From: Mobula hypostoma
Taxonomy: Eukaryota
Length of the DNA stretch: 64,000 nt
Reading direction: 5' to 3'
Assembly (NCBI RefSeq): GCF_963921235.1
Contig: NC_086097.1
Span: 192,698,001-192,762,000, forward strand
Below the pieces are notes generated by a model that saw nothing but the letters and a program-made list of their open reading frames with translations, made no database searches and had not been told where the DNA came from. Below, piece by piece: positions 63,732-64,000 of the stretch. Both the position numbers and the translations under genes were made by a program. Within the stretch, counting starts at the first letter, position 1, and each line of letters opens with the position of its first letter.

Positions 63732-64000
63732 ATATGGAACCAGCACCTGACTGGTTCAGGATTTCAGACATGGCTTTTGATATTTATCACAGCTCCAACA
63801 CAGCCAGGGTACAAGAGCCCATTGCTTTAATTCTGCAAAATTATTGACATAATATATTCCATGAATGAGTGGGGATCATTCCTTACTGAGAGCATACAGT
63901 AGGATTCAATGCTAAATAGCACATAAGAAAGTGGTAGGTTCTAAAACTTTTCCACTGATTCCATTCATCCATTCAGAGATTCCAAGAACTGCCTACTTGT

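Noticed and set aside
1..64000. CRISPR array, prokaryotic operon, or retron/DGR-type RT system
   Set aside because: No regularly spaced repeat-spacer array or compact gene organisation. All RT motifs belong to eukaryotic LINE or Gypsy families.

Overview
This window is eukaryotic, repeat-dominated DNA with no recognisable host protein-coding gene. The repeat content (abundant CR1 LINEs, HE1/V-SINE-type elements, Rex1/Babar-like LINEs) points to a cartilaginous fish, probably a ray; this is an inference, not a database match. Nearly every long ORF is a fragment, or the antisense shadow, of a retrotransposon ORF2. Elements present: many CR1 copies of different ages, often nested; Rex1-like LINE fragments; one decayed chromodomain Ty3/Gypsy element with a single LTR; a Charlie/Buster-type hAT derivative with intact TIRs and 8-bp TSD; a 5'-truncated Vingi/Ingi-like LINE; tRNA-derived SINEs; and RTE-derived mini-elements. 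The most interesting signal is a family of roughly 95-225 bp non-coding elements that look derived from Penelope-like pseudo-LTRs. They occur as perfect 90-bp-arm hairpins or as solo arms, sit between 10-14 bp target-site duplications, and carry a minimal type I hammerhead ribozyme motif that is intact at 14992-15033. The two youngest hairpins differ by a mirror-symmetric substitution. Also notable is a ~360-bp copy of local flanking DNA templated into the middle of a CR1. Boundaries of old repeats are approximate and family names come from motif recognition only.
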